Shown: positions 61,962 to 64,000 of the stretch, piece by piece
How positions within the stretch are numbered: the first letter of the stretch is position 1
Layout of the letters: every line of letters begins with the position of its first letter
Source: Nemertoderma westbladi
Lineage: Eukaryota; Animalia; Xenacoelomorpha
Length of the DNA: 64,000 nt
Reading direction: 5' to 3'
Assembly: GCA_032718475.1 (NCBI GenBank)
Contig: JAUCBJ010009106.1
Span: forward strand, 36,232-100,231
Notes under the pieces: model-generated
Told to the model about the DNA's origin: nothing
The model's database searches: none
The model's input: the letters and a program-made list of their open reading frames with translations, nothing else
Translations under genes and position numbers: made by a program

Positions 61962-62994
61962 TTATGGTTAATGAAAAATAACCAATAATAATTCACTAAT
62001 AAATACAATTATTTTAAGGTTGGTTGGTAAATTGTAAGTAACATTTGTTTTAGCGCTAATATAACTAATAATCGTTGAATAGTATGGTATATATATAATT
62101 TAGGCCTATTTTCAGGGCCTTGTTACATGTATGCATGTAGTACACAATATGTGGTAGGCCTAATATAGAGTAGGCCTACTATAACTATAAGGTAATAAGT
62201 TAAAATTAAAAACGAATTTAAAGTAGGCTAACAAACAAATTACATGTAGGAATGAGAAACAATGATGAAAAACAAAATGAGAAACAAATTTTCTAAATCT
62301 AGGTACGGTAGTGCAAGGCTTAATTAATTTCTTTTATAAAAGTACAGGTTAACTCTAAATACAAATCTAAATCTTAAATCTAAATTTATATAGTAGGCCT
62401 AAAAGTTGACTATATTTATCTGAAATCTGATGTCAGATTTGCAAATGTGAAACAAATTGTAGAACTGTAGGAAGTGACTAAGAATTGGAAGTTTAGTTCT
62501 AAATACACTTTCGTTCATACAAGTCGACTACATTTATTCGAAATCCAGTGTCAGAGTTATTAATATCACCATCCATAATGATTTGCCCAAGGTGATTCCA
62601 AATCTGGTGCCAAATTTACACCAATGCATCAAGTTTTTTCAGAATCGCCAAATTTGGTTTTAATTATTTAGTGCAACCAACCCGCAATAATAGTGAAGTA
62701 TATGCATTATATAAATTTGAGGGTAGGGACCCTTAAATGTAATCCTTATTGTATCATTTTTTGGTGTTTTCTGATGTTAGTAGTTAATTTGGGAACTTTT
62801 TAGGTGGTAGACCTATTACATGTATTATTTTTTTGTCTAAGTCGCCCCCCCCCCCCCCCCCCCCATATTAATATGCTGACGCAAATAAACGTAAATTTTT
62901 GAAGATTTAAGGAAAGCAAATAAGTTAGGGTGCGTGATAAAAGCTTTGCAGTCATTATTGCTATTACTGTAGGTATTATCTGATTATACTATAC

Positions 62995-63580
62995 GGTATT
63001 ATTGTAAAAAAACTTTTCCATCAATAATTATTAATTATTGTAAAAATAATATTGCATCAATAGTTTAGAATTATTTTCAAAAATTATTGCCATGCAGCAA
63101 AGTAATTATTAATTAAGCCTACTGGTGTTGTAAAAATAATATTGCATGAATAATTATTAATCTGTTAATTATTACAAAAATATTATTGCTTGATGCATAA
63201 ATAATCATTAGGCCTAATTATTATAAAATAACATTGCATTAATTATTATAAAACAGTAAAAATAATATTGCATTAATAATTTATCAATTATTTTAAAAAT
63301 ATTATTGTAAAAATAATATTGCAACAATAGTTATTAATTATTTTAAAATATTACAGTATTATTGCAAAATAATTATTAATTAGGCCTATTGTAAAAATAA
63401 TATTGCATGAATAATTATTACCTAATCTGTTAATAATTACAAAAATATTATTGTTTGATCCATAAATAATAATTACTTATTATAAAAATAATATGCATTA
63501 ATAATTATTAATTATTTTAAAAATATTATTAATCAATAATTAATACTGTAATTAACTGATTAATAATTATTGTAAAAAAT
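62995..63580. repeat. AT-rich degenerate tandem array (aaaataatattgca...taattatt)
   Basis: Direct reading. It lies next to the right TIR. Confidence 0.75.
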
Positions 63581-64000
63581 ATCCCTCTGTCTGTGTTGGA
63601 GGGATGTAGTTTTATATTGCTGTATTATCTGAAACTGCAAACCATATAGCCTAGACAGGATGACGGGGTAACAACAGTATCCCAGCCCCAGCCCTATCAG
63701 TATCTGGAATGAACTGCTGGAAAATATATATATTTTCTTATTTAAGAAAAATATATACATAAAATTTTTTAAATAAGAACTAAGTTAAACTCATAAATAG
63801 AAAGTCCAAAAAATATTTCCTATATAAGAAATTTCGGAAAAAGTAACGTTTTTAAAATGGCTATAGAAAGCGTCCCACGGATAGTTTTTTTTCTAGTTTT
63901 CACAACAAACGTAGTATAGATTAACCTGCAATAAGCAGGAATTAAAATATGCCGCTAAAATTTATTTCAAAAGATAACGAAGAAAATGTTCAGAAAAATG

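Larger units (their letters stand above)
43460..64000 (-). mobile_element. Large decayed TIR DNA transposon (hAT-related, hATm/hATw/hATx-like), right end just beyond the window
   Basis: 43535-43830 is an imperfect inverted repeat of 63730-64000. The left end begins TAGGGT. The interval encloses a fragmented DDE transposase. Confidence 0.6.

Overview
AT-rich, repeat-dense metazoan (probably marine invertebrate) genomic DNA, not prokaryotic. It has three layers. (1) A 9-coding-exon RBM39/CAPER splicing-factor gene on the minus strand (ATG 41771 to stop 3712; RS region, RRM1, RRM2, UHM). It is reconstructed here with GT-AG sites and consistent phases, and its introns hold two candidate poison exons, large satellites, LINEs, MITEs and tRNA-SINEs. 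(2) An intronless WDR33 (CPSF subunit) CDS nested antisense in the 15-kb RBM39 intron. (3) From about 43.46 kb to past the window end, a decayed hAT-like TIR DNA transposon. Its transposase is split by a young non-autonomous BEL/Pao LTR retrotransposon (47181-59263, 5-bp TSD) and by a captured 1.9-kb intron-containing fragment of an EGF-repeat gene. Three observations stand out. The BEL/Pao element has no tRNA primer-binding site; an 11-nt sequence abutting the 5' LTR is instead perfectly complementary to an 11-mer inside its own LTR, a Tf1-like self-priming signature. A tRNA A/B-box head is fused directly to a minimal type I hammerhead ribozyme in RBM39 intron 1. The host-gene fragment was captured inside the transposase ORF. 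All calls were made by eye, with no database searches.
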